Shown here piece by piece: positions 26,623-33,601 of a stretch of DNA of 33,601 nt. The first letter of the stretch is position 1; each line of letters opens with the position of its first letter. Origin of the DNA: a virus (lineage: Duplodnaviria > Caudoviricetes); IMG/VR virus record IMGVR_UViG_3300035338_000026, positions 1-33,601 of that record; one strand, 5' to 3'. The notes beneath the pieces were generated by a model that was not told the origin of the DNA, made no database searches, and saw only the letters and a list, made by a program, of their open reading frames with translations. The position numbers and the translations under genes are program-made.

Positions 26623-27324
26623 TTACATAGGTAAGCCGGTGATTGGGTTAATATTGCCGGTGGATGCTGCAGGAGCATATCCTTGGGCGGGATTGTAAGT
26701 ACCTGGCATTGCAGAGTTACCCATTGGAGTTGCCACAAATCCAGGCATTGCAGGGTTCCCCATTGGCATTGTTGCTGTGGGGGTTTCAAGTCCTGCAAAA
26801 TCGCTCTCAGCATTTGCTCTGCCACTTAAAGGCTCTCCATCTCTGGTTTTCATAACATTTCCCAGCCCACAGCCCACTCCCCTGCTTCCGCTGTTATCAT
26901 ACGGAAAGAAATTCACTGTCACACGGGCATACATACCACTGTAAATATCTGTTTCAGCCAACTGCACCTTTGTATTGGAAATATGAACAACCATGGGCTG
27001 CTGCTTGCTGGATGCAGTTACAACCCAATGCCCCTTGCACTCAGCACCAAAGGCTTCTCCTGAAGGTCTAACGCCGTCACCATCATAAATTACTGGGTAT
27101 CTCAGCTGAGGGCGGGAACCTTTCCATTTGTCATTTACACCTTGCTCATAAGCAACCTGTAAAGCTGAAACGAGGTCATTGTATGTCACTGTATCTGTCT
27201 TTGGAATCAAAATTGTGCAGCTGTATTTTGGCTCTCCGCCATTACTACTGTAGGGTCTGGAAAGATGTTCAAAGGAAATTCTCACTTCACCTGTGAGGCA
27301 TTTTGTTGCGATATTCTGATACAT
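26623..27324 (-). CDS. DUF2815-family ssDNA-binding protein (T7 gp2.5-like)
   Basis: VRISF, KYSCTILIPK, YSGMYARV and GVGCGLGNVMKTRDGEPL motifs. Confidence 0.88.
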   Translation of the reverse strand: MYQNIATKCLTGEVRISFEHLSRPYSSNGGEPKYSCTILIPKTDTVTYNDLVSALQVAYEQGVNDKWKGSRPQLRYPVIYDGDGVRPSGEAFGAECKGHWVVTASSKQQPMVVHISNTKVQLAETDIYSGMYARVTVNFFPYDNSGSRGVGCGLGNVMKTRDGEPLSGRANAESDFAGLETPTATMPMGNPAMPGFVATPMGNSAMPGTYNPAQGYAPAASTGNINPITGLPM

Positions 27325-27347
27325 AAAATCATCCTTTCGATATGTAA

Positions 27348-28502
27348 TTATTTATTAGATTCAAGTCCTGCAAAGTCTGTCATTGCAGGGTTATAGTTCT
27401 TTCTCGGATCACTCTCCGGCGCAATGGTAGGTTTACCGGGAGGTTTTACAACGTAATCTGCCAGCATTTCAGAGAAACCTTTTTTTCCTAGCATGGTTTC
27501 GCAATCTGTAAGAGTGATGGGCACTCGCTTGTACAGCAAAGATTCGTCTATCCCTGATACAGATAAGGCTTTGTATGCCTGGTCAATGTCATTGAACGCC
27601 CTGTTGCTGCGCCCTTCTACTACTTTCCAACCGGCAATGTTTTTGCCTGCCAGCAGCGCAGTCATTGCGTATTTTTCTAAAAGGGAATACCATTTTTTAA
27701 TGTCAGCTGCTAAGGTAAGGTACTGCCCCACTTCATCATCCGTAAGTACGGGTGGAAGCTTGTCCATGAATGATGTTACCCGTTGCATACGTTCCATATA
27801 CGCCCTGCAGGTAGCACGGCATTTGCAGAAATGACTATCACACCAGCCGCCCACAACGCATTCACCTGAACCATCGAATGCCATTTGACTTACGGGCTTA
27901 ATGCTTTCACCCCAAGTATTTAGGTTCTCACAATTAATCGTCCAAGAAGAAATATTGCTCATTCTAGGCTGTACAATATGTAAGGTAATGTCCTTAATGT
28001 CGTATAAAAGATCATACTTTTTCAAAGCGCCCAAAGCATACAGCTTCATTTGTGGGTTATCTACGCAATCCACTTGAACGGTTTTCCCATACTTAAAGTC
28101 CACGATATGAAGATGTCCTCCACCGATCATGATGCTATCGGCGGTTCCAAACCCTTCAGGCGCAATATTGGAATAGTCCACTTTTGTTTCAAACACAGCA
28201 TAGGGCTTTGAAGAAAACATCATTTCGACATCTTTTAAGTATTCCACGTATGTGTCCGTATCGTGATCCATGTCCACAATATACAATTCGTTGCCCTTTA
28301 TTTTATTAAACTTACGGGTAAAGGCACCCTTATCCATTCCATGAAAATGACGTCTTGCTTTTAACTCGGCCAGCTCGTGGGCAAGAGATCCCTCCTGGGC
28401 AGACTCCCCTGCAGTGTCTGGCAATACAGCCTCCATTCTAGCTGAGGGGGTGCAGTGCAGCCACTTATCGGCCGCACTTGCAGATAACAAGGCATGGCTC
28501 AT
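27348..28502 (-). CDS. DUF2800-family PD-(D/E)XK (Cas4-like) exonuclease
   Basis: HALLSAS...WLHC, EGSLAHE, FGTAD, VDFKYG, NPQMKLYALG and the C-terminal Cys cluster CDSHFCKCRATC. Confidence 0.9.
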   Translation of the reverse strand: MSHALLSASAADKWLHCTPSARMEAVLPDTAGESAQEGSLAHELAELKARRHFHGMDKGAFTRKFNKIKGNELYIVDMDHDTDTYVEYLKDVEMMFSSKPYAVFETKVDYSNIAPEGFGTADSIMIGGGHLHIVDFKYGKTVQVDCVDNPQMKLYALGALKKYDLLYDIKDITLHIVQPRMSNISSWTINCENLNTWGESIKPVSQMAFDGSGECVVGGWCDSHFCKCRATCRAYMERMQRVTSFMDKLPPVLTDDEVGQYLTLAADIKKWYSLLEKYAMTALLAGKNIAGWKVVEGRSNRAFNDIDQAYKALSVSGIDESLLYKRVPITLTDCETMLGKKGFSEMLADYVVKPPGKPTIAPESDPRKNYNPAMTDFAGLESNK

Positions 28503-28975
28503 ATCTGCGCCCCCATCCCTCTGATGGCCACTGCGAAATCATTGTATCTTTCCTGTGGCAGCTGTTGCAGTGTTTGTACACCCAAGGACTGCATCAATGC
28601 CACCAGCACATCCGTTTTACCTGCATCCATTAAGGGCGCCGCTGCCAACGAAAGTTGCTCCAATGTATATACTGCCGGCTGTGCTGTCGGCGCCGCAGTA
28701 GGAATAGGATTCTGCATCACCGGTGTTTGCATTTGCTGCAATGTTACTGGATTCTGCATTACCGGTGGTGTTATTGCTTGGGCTGTTGGAACTGAGCTCA
28801 GCATTACTGCTGGTGTCATTGTTTGGTTTACTGGAGCTGCACTATGAATTACTGGTGCAGATGGTGCGGCAGGTGAACCGTTTTTAGATATCTCTACTGC
28901 CAGCGTCTTTAAAACATCTATAATTGCCGGGCTATTTACTAAGTCCTTTTCACTAATTTTGATTACTAATTCCAT
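28499..28975 (-). CDS. Hypothetical phage protein with Pro/Ala/Gln-rich linker and small C-terminal helical domain
   Basis: PVMQNP repeated; C-terminal YTLEQL...LGVQTLQQLPQERY typical of the gene upstream of DUF2800. Confidence 0.75.
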   Translation of the reverse strand: MELVIKISEKDLVNSPAIIDVLKTLAVEISKNGSPAAPSAPVIHSAAPVNQTMTPAVMLSSVPTAQAITPPVMQNPVTLQQMQTPVMQNPIPTAAPTAQPAVYTLEQLSLAAAPLMDAGKTDVLVALMQSLGVQTLQQLPQERYNDFAVAIRGMGAQI

Positions 28976-28976
28976 A

Positions 28977-29175
28977 TTAATTTCCTCCTAATTTTAAAAT
29001 CTTCGTTTGTTTAGATTTCGGTAGAGCCATGAACCCTTCTAGATCCATGAGTATAAAACCTTTTTCGTGCTCTACTTTAACAGTCCCATGCTTAGGGTTA
29101 ATATCTGCTTTTGCCTCGGCGATTTCTTTGTCCCATCTGCCCGTATGAATCCACCCCTTTTTTAATTTCCACCAT
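28977..29175 (-). pseudogene. Small ORF apparently split by one extra base in an A6-G4 run
   Basis: ATG 29175 behind SD AGAAAGGA stops after 25 codons. Removing one base in AAAAAAGGGG gives a 65-aa ORF ending at TAA 28977, right before the next start. Confidence 0.4.
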
Positions 29176-29260
29176 TGACAAATCCCATCCTTTCTGTTAT
29201 TTTCAAAGTGAGTTTTTTAGCTTGTCCCTTTCGGAATTGCCGTTCCTTGGGGACTTTTTT
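29175..29260 (+). ncRNA. Putative ~50-nt antisense sRNA with its promoter and terminator
   Basis: TTGACA (29175-29180), 17 nt, TG-T-TATTTT (-10 at 29198-29203); hairpin GTCCC/GGGAC plus GGAA/TTCC (29224-29254), then T6. Confidence 0.5.
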
Positions 29261-29529
29261 ATTTTCTTTTCCATTTTATAAACCCCGGGTGCTGATGCAC
29301 CAAAGAAGGAAAAAATAATAATCCATTTCAGTACTATCCTGTGCGGCAAAGCACATTCAACCGCTGCTATAATACCAAAAACAATCACTGCATAAAGTAG
29401 CCATAAAACCACCACCTTAATGTTTGTCACAAAAACGGTATGTACTTTACGCTTTTCCTGCTTCATACGGCGTTCATACTTTCGTCTGTCAGCATTGCGA
29501 TATATGGGGTCATTATGTATATTTTGCAC
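29203..29529 (-). CDS. Hypothetical two-TM membrane protein
   Basis: 108 aa, GTG start with SD GGAGG, two hydrophobic segments, basic termini. Confidence 0.7.
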   Translation of the reverse strand: MQNIHNDPIYRNADRRKYERRMKQEKRKVHTVFVTNIKVVVLWLLYAVIVFGIIAAVECALPHRIVLKWIIIFSFFGASAPGVYKMEKKIKKSPRNGNSERDKLKNSL

Positions 29530-29543
29530 GCTTGTCCACCTCC

Positions 29544-29717
29544 CTAACAGATATTAAATCTTTCCTCAAAATATTTCTTTGGGATACGTCCTCGAATAGT
29601 CATAAATCCTTTTTTGGCAAGCTCGGCATTCAATTCCCGCATAATTAAGTATGCTTTGCTTTCGCTACATTTCAGACACTCCATAACATCCTTAAACGTG
29701 TAATATTTGTTATTCAT
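29544..29717 (-). CDS. xis: Excisionase-like DNA-binding protein (ICEBs1 Xis-like, 57 aa)
   Basis: Not in ORF track. MNNKYYTFKDVMECLKCSESKAYLIMRELNAELAKKGFMTIRGRIPKKYFEERFNIC*; ATGA overlap with the antirepressor stop. Confidence 0.8.
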   Translation of the reverse strand: MNNKYYTFKDVMECLKCSESKAYLIMRELNAELAKKGFMTIRGRIPKKYFEERFNIC

Positions 29718-30538
29718 AGAACCCCTCTCTCAACTTCTATGTATGAAATTTTAAATTCCTTACTGCCATTAGATACTATTAATGGATACCCATTATGCGT
29801 AAGCCAATCTTCAATCTGCCGCAAAACTGGCTCTCTATATTGATTAGAAATATCCGTATGTCCATTTTTTGAAAAGCTGGTTTTTGCGATATCACTTTCG
29901 GATATATTCAGTTTGCTCATGATGGCACCGATTGCCTGAGCATGCGGTTTACCAGATTTGGAATATACACCTAGAATTTCAGCCATCTCCGTTTGTTCAT
30001 ATAGCTTTTCCTGTTCAACCCTGATCATCGGAACGTTAATTCCTACAGGTGCATACATATCTTTCAGGAAATAAGTTCGCTGAACCGGATCTACGCCAGC
30101 CGCAACCAACTGCGGCAAGATAATTTTTGCAGCGTTATTTACAGAAGCTAGCTTTCTCTGACTTTTGGAAGGGGCTTCTTTTTTTGGCACCCTTTCTTTA
30201 GTCACAATCTCCTTTAGCTTGTCCTCCACAGCGATAAAATAAATTCTTGCCTCTTCACCCCTTTTGTTTTGACAACCCATGGCTAATTTCTTAGCAAATG
30301 AGACTGTGAGTCTGTAGTCAACGGTTTTGTTACCCTCGACATAGATGTCGAACCCCTCAAAATCAATTCCTTCTTCTGCAAAGGTATTCTCTAAAATGTT
30401 TGTTTTGCACCATCTTGAAAATTGTCCCTTCGCCAACTCTAAGAACTCATAAAGCTTTCTTGCTGTAGTTCTTCCCTCACTATCTACTTGCAAAGCGATT
30501 TCGATAGGCGTTTTTGTTTCTTTCACTAACCCGTTCAT
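29714..30538 (-). CDS. AntA/AntB-family antirepressor
   Basis: TARKLYEFL...FSRW...FAEEGIDF...DYRLTVSFAKKLAM...ARIYFI. Confidence 0.85.
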   Translation of the reverse strand: MNGLVKETKTPIEIALQVDSEGRTTARKLYEFLELAKGQFSRWCKTNILENTFAEEGIDFEGFDIYVEGNKTVDYRLTVSFAKKLAMGCQNKRGEEARIYFIAVEDKLKEIVTKERVPKKEAPSKSQRKLASVNNAAKIILPQLVAAGVDPVQRTYFLKDMYAPVGINVPMIRVEQEKLYEQTEMAEILGVYSKSGKPHAQAIGAIMSKLNISESDIAKTSFSKNGHTDISNQYREPVLRQIEDWLTHNGYPLIVSNGSKEFKISYIEVERGVL

Positions 30539-30540
30539 AG

Positions 30541-30753
30541 TTACCCCCTATTTTTGTTCGGCGTGGCTTGATCATCCTGTACAACAATGCGATTATCAGC
30601 GAGAAACTTGTTTAAATCACTCTCACTAATTCGCACGGTTTTCGTGCCACCGATCTTGACCGCCCCTATTTTCCCTTTGCGAATCCACTCGCTTACCGTG
30701 TCTCTCGATACCTTGAACATGTCTCCAATTTCCGAAACGGTATAAAATCTCAT
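30541..30753 (-). CDS. HTH_17 (excisionase/MerR-like) DNA-binding protein in the Cro position
   Basis: FYTVSEIGDMFKVSRDTVSEWIRKGKIGAVKIGG...RISESDLNKFL. Confidence 0.85.
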   Translation of the reverse strand: MRFYTVSEIGDMFKVSRDTVSEWIRKGKIGAVKIGGTKTVRISESDLNKFLADNRIVVQDDQATPNKNRG

Positions 30754-30757
30754 ATTT

Positions 30758-30952
30758 TCACCTCGTTTTCTTGTTATTTTACGTGTTTTCTATTGATTTA
30801 ACCTGTTTTTCGTGTTATTATTAGCTTGTCAAGGTTATTAACAACACGATTTCGCAATTACCTGCACTGTTTTGACTAGGTTTTCTTGCTATATCTGTAT
30901 TATAGCATTGTTTCCGTGTTAGTCAACAGTTTTTAGCTAGGTTTTATTGCTA
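30758..30952. promoter_or_regulatory. Lysis-lysogeny switch: five 19-bp operator-like sites and two convergent promoters
   Basis: Sites at 30758, 30799, 30873, 30903 and 30934 (T-A/C/G-R-C-N11-G-Y-T-A). + promoter TTGATT-17-TATTAT (30793-30821); - promoter TTGACT-16-TATAAT with extended TG (30926-30899). Confidence 0.75.
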
Positions 30953-30978
30953 TTCGCATTTTTTGTGAGGTGTGACTA

Positions 30979-31416
30979 ATGGATACAAGGGAACGAATAT
31001 TAAAACTTATGGAAAATAACCATATTACTAAATACAGATTGGCTAAAGAGATAAATGTGAGCAGCGGAATTATTAGCGACTGGGCCAGTGGGAAAAGCAC
31101 ATCCTACACCAAATACCTAGATAAAATTGCAAATTACTTTGGTGTAACAGTGGATTATTTATTAACAGGAAAAGAACCGGAAATAATAGACAGCGGTGTC
31201 TTAACCCCCAAGGATAAAAAAGACATAGCTAAGGATATGGAAAGAATAAGAGAGAAATTAATGAACAAAGAAGATGGTCCCGCAAGTTTTGATGGCGAAA
31301 ATATATCAGATGAAAGCGCAGATTTGCTCCTTGCTCAAATCGAATCTATGCTAGGAACCATTAAACTTATTAACAAGGAGAAGTATAACCCTAATAAGAA
31401 CAAGAAGAAAAAGTAG
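30979..31416 (+). CDS. XRE-family phage repressor (ImmR/CI-like, no peptidase domain)
   Basis: N-terminal HTH ending in KIANYFGVTVDYLLTG; divergent from the lytic genes; upstream of ImmA. Confidence 0.9.
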   Translation: MDTRERILKLMENNHITKYRLAKEINVSSGIISDWASGKSTSYTKYLDKIANYFGVTVDYLLTGKEPEIIDSGVLTPKDKKDIAKDMERIREKLMNKEDGPASFDGENISDESADLLLAQIESMLGTIKLINKEKYNPNKNKKKK

Positions 31417-31424
31417 GTGACGCC

Positions 31425-31856
31425 TTGAAGAGAGATGTAAAAGAAACTGCAGAGTGGTACATAAGTAAATTTGAGACGAAGAACCCATTTCGTATTGCAA
31501 AAGGGTTGGGAGTACTTGTAAAAACAGCAGGTTTAGGTGATTATTCGGGCTGTTACATGTACCTCAACCGCCACAAGTGTATTTTTCTCAATGACAATCT
31601 TAACGAAAGCGAAAGGCGTCTTGTTATGGCACACGAACTAGGGCATGCCATCCTACATAAAGACCAAAATTGTTATTTCATCAGGAACAAAACATATTTA
31701 TTATGTTCCAGAATTGAAAGGGAAGCTAATTTATTTGCCGTAAATCTACTGATTAGTGATGATGAGTTGAGAGAATATGAATCATGCTCCCTTGACCAAT
31801 TGTCAATGATTTTTGAATTGGATCGTAAATTGATAGAACTGAGATTAGGAAAATAA
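31425..31856 (+). CDS. immA: ImmA/IrrE-family metallo-endopeptidase (anti-repressor protease)
   Basis: AHELGHAILH (HExxH) and EREANLFA motifs. Confidence 0.92.
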   Translation: MKRDVKETAEWYISKFETKNPFRIAKGLGVLVKTAGLGDYSGCYMYLNRHKCIFLNDNLNESERRLVMAHELGHAILHKDQNCYFIRNKTYLLCSRIEREANLFAVNLLISDDELREYESCSLDQLSMIFELDRKLIELRLGK

Positions 31857-31956
31857 AAAAGCCCCTACAGCACTGCGAATGCCGTAAGGGGAAACAAGGT
31901 TTGCGGGGATCACAAACCCTTAATATTATTATAGACAGTATGTAATATACTGTCAA
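31855..31956 (-). ncRNA. Putative ~67-nt two-hairpin antisense sRNA (about 31921 to 31855) with consensus promoter
   Basis: TTGACA (31956-31951), 17 nt, TATAAT (31933-31928); 5' hairpin 31898-31918; terminator 31855-31891. Both stems have G-U pairs on the - strand that are mismatches on +. Confidence 0.65.
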
Positions 31957-31975
31957 ATTAAGGGAGGATTTAGAA

Positions 31976-32410
31976 ATGAAAAAATTTTTTATGGGCTTAG
32001 CGGTTCTATGTTTATCGGGTTCTCTTTTTGGTTGCAGCAGTTCCAACAATGCATCTGCAGAACCTGAGCAACCACAAATTCCTGATTTAACAGGTGAATG
32101 GAAACAAGTTAATAGTAATTCAAATGATACTTATCACATTGCCACTGTTGATGGAGAAACGATCGAAATTAGCTGGTTTACAGAAAGCGACGAAACAAAA
32201 GCGCTTTACTGGGCTGGCACATTCGTTGCACCCGAAACAGCAGACGAACCTTATACATGGGAATCTACAAATGACAAAGAAAAAACTGATAGTGCCCTGT
32301 TGGCTTCCGGGGATGATACAAAAACATTCACCTATGAAGATGGGCAGATAAGCTACGAAGCTTCGGCGATGGGTGTAACACAAACTGTAAGATTAGAAAA
32401 GCAACAATAA
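31976..32410 (+). CDS. Lipoprotein in the lysogeny module (superinfection-exclusion candidate)
   Basis: Signal peptide MKKFF... with lipobox LFGC; acidic beta-rich mature domain. Confidence 0.8.
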   Translation: MKKFFMGLAVLCLSGSLFGCSSSNNASAEPEQPQIPDLTGEWKQVNSNSNDTYHIATVDGETIEISWFTESDETKALYWAGTFVAPETADEPYTWESTNDKEKTDSALLASGDDTKTFTYEDGQISYEASAMGVTQTVRLEKQQ

Positions 32411-32415
32411 CAAAT

Positions 32416-32452
32416 AAAAAATCCCTCACTCCGCTACCAACGAAGTGAGGGA
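32416..32452 (-). terminator. Terminator hairpin in the integrase leader (antisense orientation)
   Basis: TCCCTCACT/AGTGAGGGA stem with A6 on the + side; extra G-U pair on the - strand. Confidence 0.65.
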
Positions 32453-32548
32453 CAAGCGGTCATACCGTGGTACAAACGCCTTCGACAAGCTAATTGTATC
32501 ACAAGACCGCTTTATTTACCATACCTAAAATAAAGGAGGTCTATTTTT

Positions 32549-33601
32549 ATGCCAGTTTATAAGGACGAAAAACGGAATTCATGGTTTTGCACATTTTATT
32601 ATAAAGATTGGCAAGGAAACCGAAAAAAGAAAAAGAAAGAAGGTTTTAAGCTTAAGAGAGAAGCCCAGGACTATGAAAGGGATTTTATAAAGCAGCAAGC
32701 TGGTACCTGTGATATGACATTTAAGTCCTTATGCGATATATATAAAGAAGACTGTAAAACTCGACTTAAGCCGACAACGTATTCAAATAAAGAAAATATG
32801 ATTGACAATTTGGTACTACCTTTTTTTGAAAGCATCCCGATTAATCAGATAACACCTACACATATTAGGCAATGGCAGAACAATATTATTGATAAACAAT
32901 ACACCCAAACATACATGAAAACAGTTAATGCGCAGCTCTCAGCAATTCTAAATTACGCAGTGAAATATTACGGACTCCCTCAGAATCCCGTCCGGATCTG
33001 TGGCAACATAGGAAAAATGCAGTCTGATAAATTAAATTTCTGGACGTTGGATGAATATAAGGCATTTATATCTAAAGTTGAAAAAAAACATTTTAGAACG
33101 GCTTACGAATTACTTTTCTGGACTGGTATGCGTTCCGGAGAAATGTTCGCCCTTACTTTAAGAGACTTTAATATAAAAAATTTAACTGTAACAATCAATA
33201 AAAACTATGCTCGGCATAACGGAAATGATTTAATTTTAACCCCCAAAACTGATAGCAGTAGACGTGAAATCTATATACCTCAACACATTGCCGATTCTAT
33301 CACTGAATATACCGAACGTAAATATGACATAAGCCCTGATGATCGGCTATTTGATTTTTCTAAACAAATACTAGCTTACAATATGAAAAAGGTTTGTAAA
33401 TTGGCCAATGTAAAACAAATAAGATTGCACGATCTAAGGCACTCACATGCATCCCTTTTGATTGAACTGGGATATTCACCGCTCCTTATTTCTGAAAGAT
33501 TAGGGCATGAAAATATTGAAACAACTTTAAAAGTGTACTCACATTTATATCCGAATAAGCAAAGGGATTTAGTTGATGAATTACAAAAGCTTTGCAATTA
33601 G
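32549..33601 (+). CDS. int: Tyrosine recombinase/integrase
   Basis: N-terminal arm-binding domain (KKKKKEGFKLKREA), TGMRSGE, PKT, HDLRHSHAS, RLGH and catalytic Y in VYSH. Confidence 0.97.
   Translation: MPVYKDEKRNSWFCTFYYKDWQGNRKKKKKEGFKLKREAQDYERDFIKQQAGTCDMTFKSLCDIYKEDCKTRLKPTTYSNKENMIDNLVLPFFESIPINQITPTHIRQWQNNIIDKQYTQTYMKTVNAQLSAILNYAVKYYGLPQNPVRICGNIGKMQSDKLNFWTLDEYKAFISKVEKKHFRTAYELLFWTGMRSGEMFALTLRDFNIKNLTVTINKNYARHNGNDLILTPKTDSSRREIYIPQHIADSITEYTERKYDISPDDRLFDFSKQILAYNMKKVCKLANVKQIRLHDLRHSHASLLIELGYSPLLISERLGHENIETTLKVYSHLYPNKQRDLVDELQKLCN

Larger units (their letters stand above)
1..33601. mobile_element. Temperate siphovirus-like prophage (partial; both boundaries outside the window)
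   Basis: Contiguous integrase-repressor-replication-packaging-head-tail modules with no host housekeeping genes. Confidence 0.97.

Noticed and set aside
27348-28502. Cas4/CRISPR adaptation gene
   Set aside because: Cas4-like fold, but it sits in the standard DUF2800-DUF2815-PolA phage replication module with no cas genes or array.
21-28847. Numerous + strand and alternative-frame ORFs in the track (e.g. 43-375, 4303-4707, 5002-5463, 22659-23021, 28494-28847)
   Set aside because: They are shadows of well-supported - strand phage genes and show no recognisable motifs.
31753-33597. Minus-strand ORFs 31753-32049, 32120-32383 and 33376-33597
   Set aside because: Antisense to the immA, lipoprotein and integrase genes, with no recognisable protein features.
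33560-33601. Prophage attachment site
   Set aside because: The window ends at the integrase stop codon; no att core or target gene can be seen.

Overview
The whole window is part of a temperate siphovirus-like prophage of a low-GC Gram-positive (Bacillota, probably clostridial) host. The right end holds the lysogeny module on the + strand: XRE repressor, ImmA/IrrE protease, lipoprotein and tyrosine integrase. The lytic genome runs leftward on the - strand. It starts with early genes (HTH_17 regulator, AntA antirepressor, Xis), then a replication module (DUF2800 nuclease, DUF2815 SSB, PolA, VapE primase-helicase, iteron-like origin, VRR-NUC, SNF2 helicase), a sigma factor and a late activator. 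Packaging and head genes (TerS, TerL, portal, MuF-type minor capsid, scaffold, capsid) and neck/tail genes follow, ending in a tail protein that runs off the left edge. Lysis genes and att sites are not in the window. The most notable observations are: (i) a MuF minor capsid protein with a toxin-like C-terminal extension followed by a probable immunity gene; (ii) a self-contained two-gene moron (3-TM protein plus DUF6941-like protein) upstream of terS; (iii) an inverted cold-shock-protein moron with a terminator-like hairpin in its leader; (iv) three short antisense promoter-to-terminator sRNA cassettes with related loops; (v) face-to-face switch promoters with five 19-bp operators; (vi) a structured scaffold leader with an 8-codon ORF; (vii) a short A-x-[ST]-[DE]-F motif shared by three replication proteins. 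All family calls are from motif recognition and synteny; no database search was run.
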